NCBI GenBank assembly: GCA_028534125.1
Contig: CM052816.1
Span: forward strand, 59,212,001 to 59,276,000
From: Lama glama
Lineage: Eukaryota
Direction: 5' to 3'
DNA: 64,000 nucleotides
Positions 63,976 through 64,000 of this stretch are shown here, piece by piece; within the stretch, counting starts at the first letter, position 1, and the number at the start of each line of letters is the position of its first letter. Position numbers and translations under genes: made by a program. Under the pieces are notes generated by a model that made no database searches, was not told where the DNA came from, and saw only the letters and a list, made by a program, of their open reading frames with translations.

Positions 63976-64000
63976 GTCAGAAAATTTTTTAAATTCCGTG

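Noticed and set aside
1..64000. CRISPR arrays, operons or other prokaryotic systems
   Set aside because: Mammalian repeat content throughout, no regularly spaced repeat-spacer array and no long coding ORFs.

Overview
Mammalian non-coding DNA, most likely a camelid (alpaca/camel), inferred from two tRNA-Ala-derived vic-1-type SINEs and artiodactyl-type L1 ends. It reads as a large intron or intergenic region. I recognise no protein-coding gene: the ORF track consists of short chance ORFs or ORFs inside repeats and a 500-N gap. Much of the window is ancient repeats (MIR, L2, MLT1/MLT2 LTRs, MER5/MER20/MER53/Tigger). The largest element is an ~8.2 kb decayed non-autonomous ERV1-class provirus (25538-33707) with both LTRs, a degenerate gag zinc knuckle and two nested solo LTRs, one MER41-like. 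The most notable signals are: (1) a 14-nt minus-strand microexon candidate at 48235-48248 flanked by MBNL-type YGCY and Nova-type YCAY clusters, plus weaker small-exon candidates on the same strand; (2) a tail-less L1 5'UTR-only insertion with a perfect 14-bp target-site duplication (TSD); (3) candidate CTCF, AP-1/TEAD, CRE and GAS elements. Repeat family names are from recognition, not a database search, and most boundaries are approximate. I see no evidence of a prokaryote-type system such as CRISPR or a defence operon.
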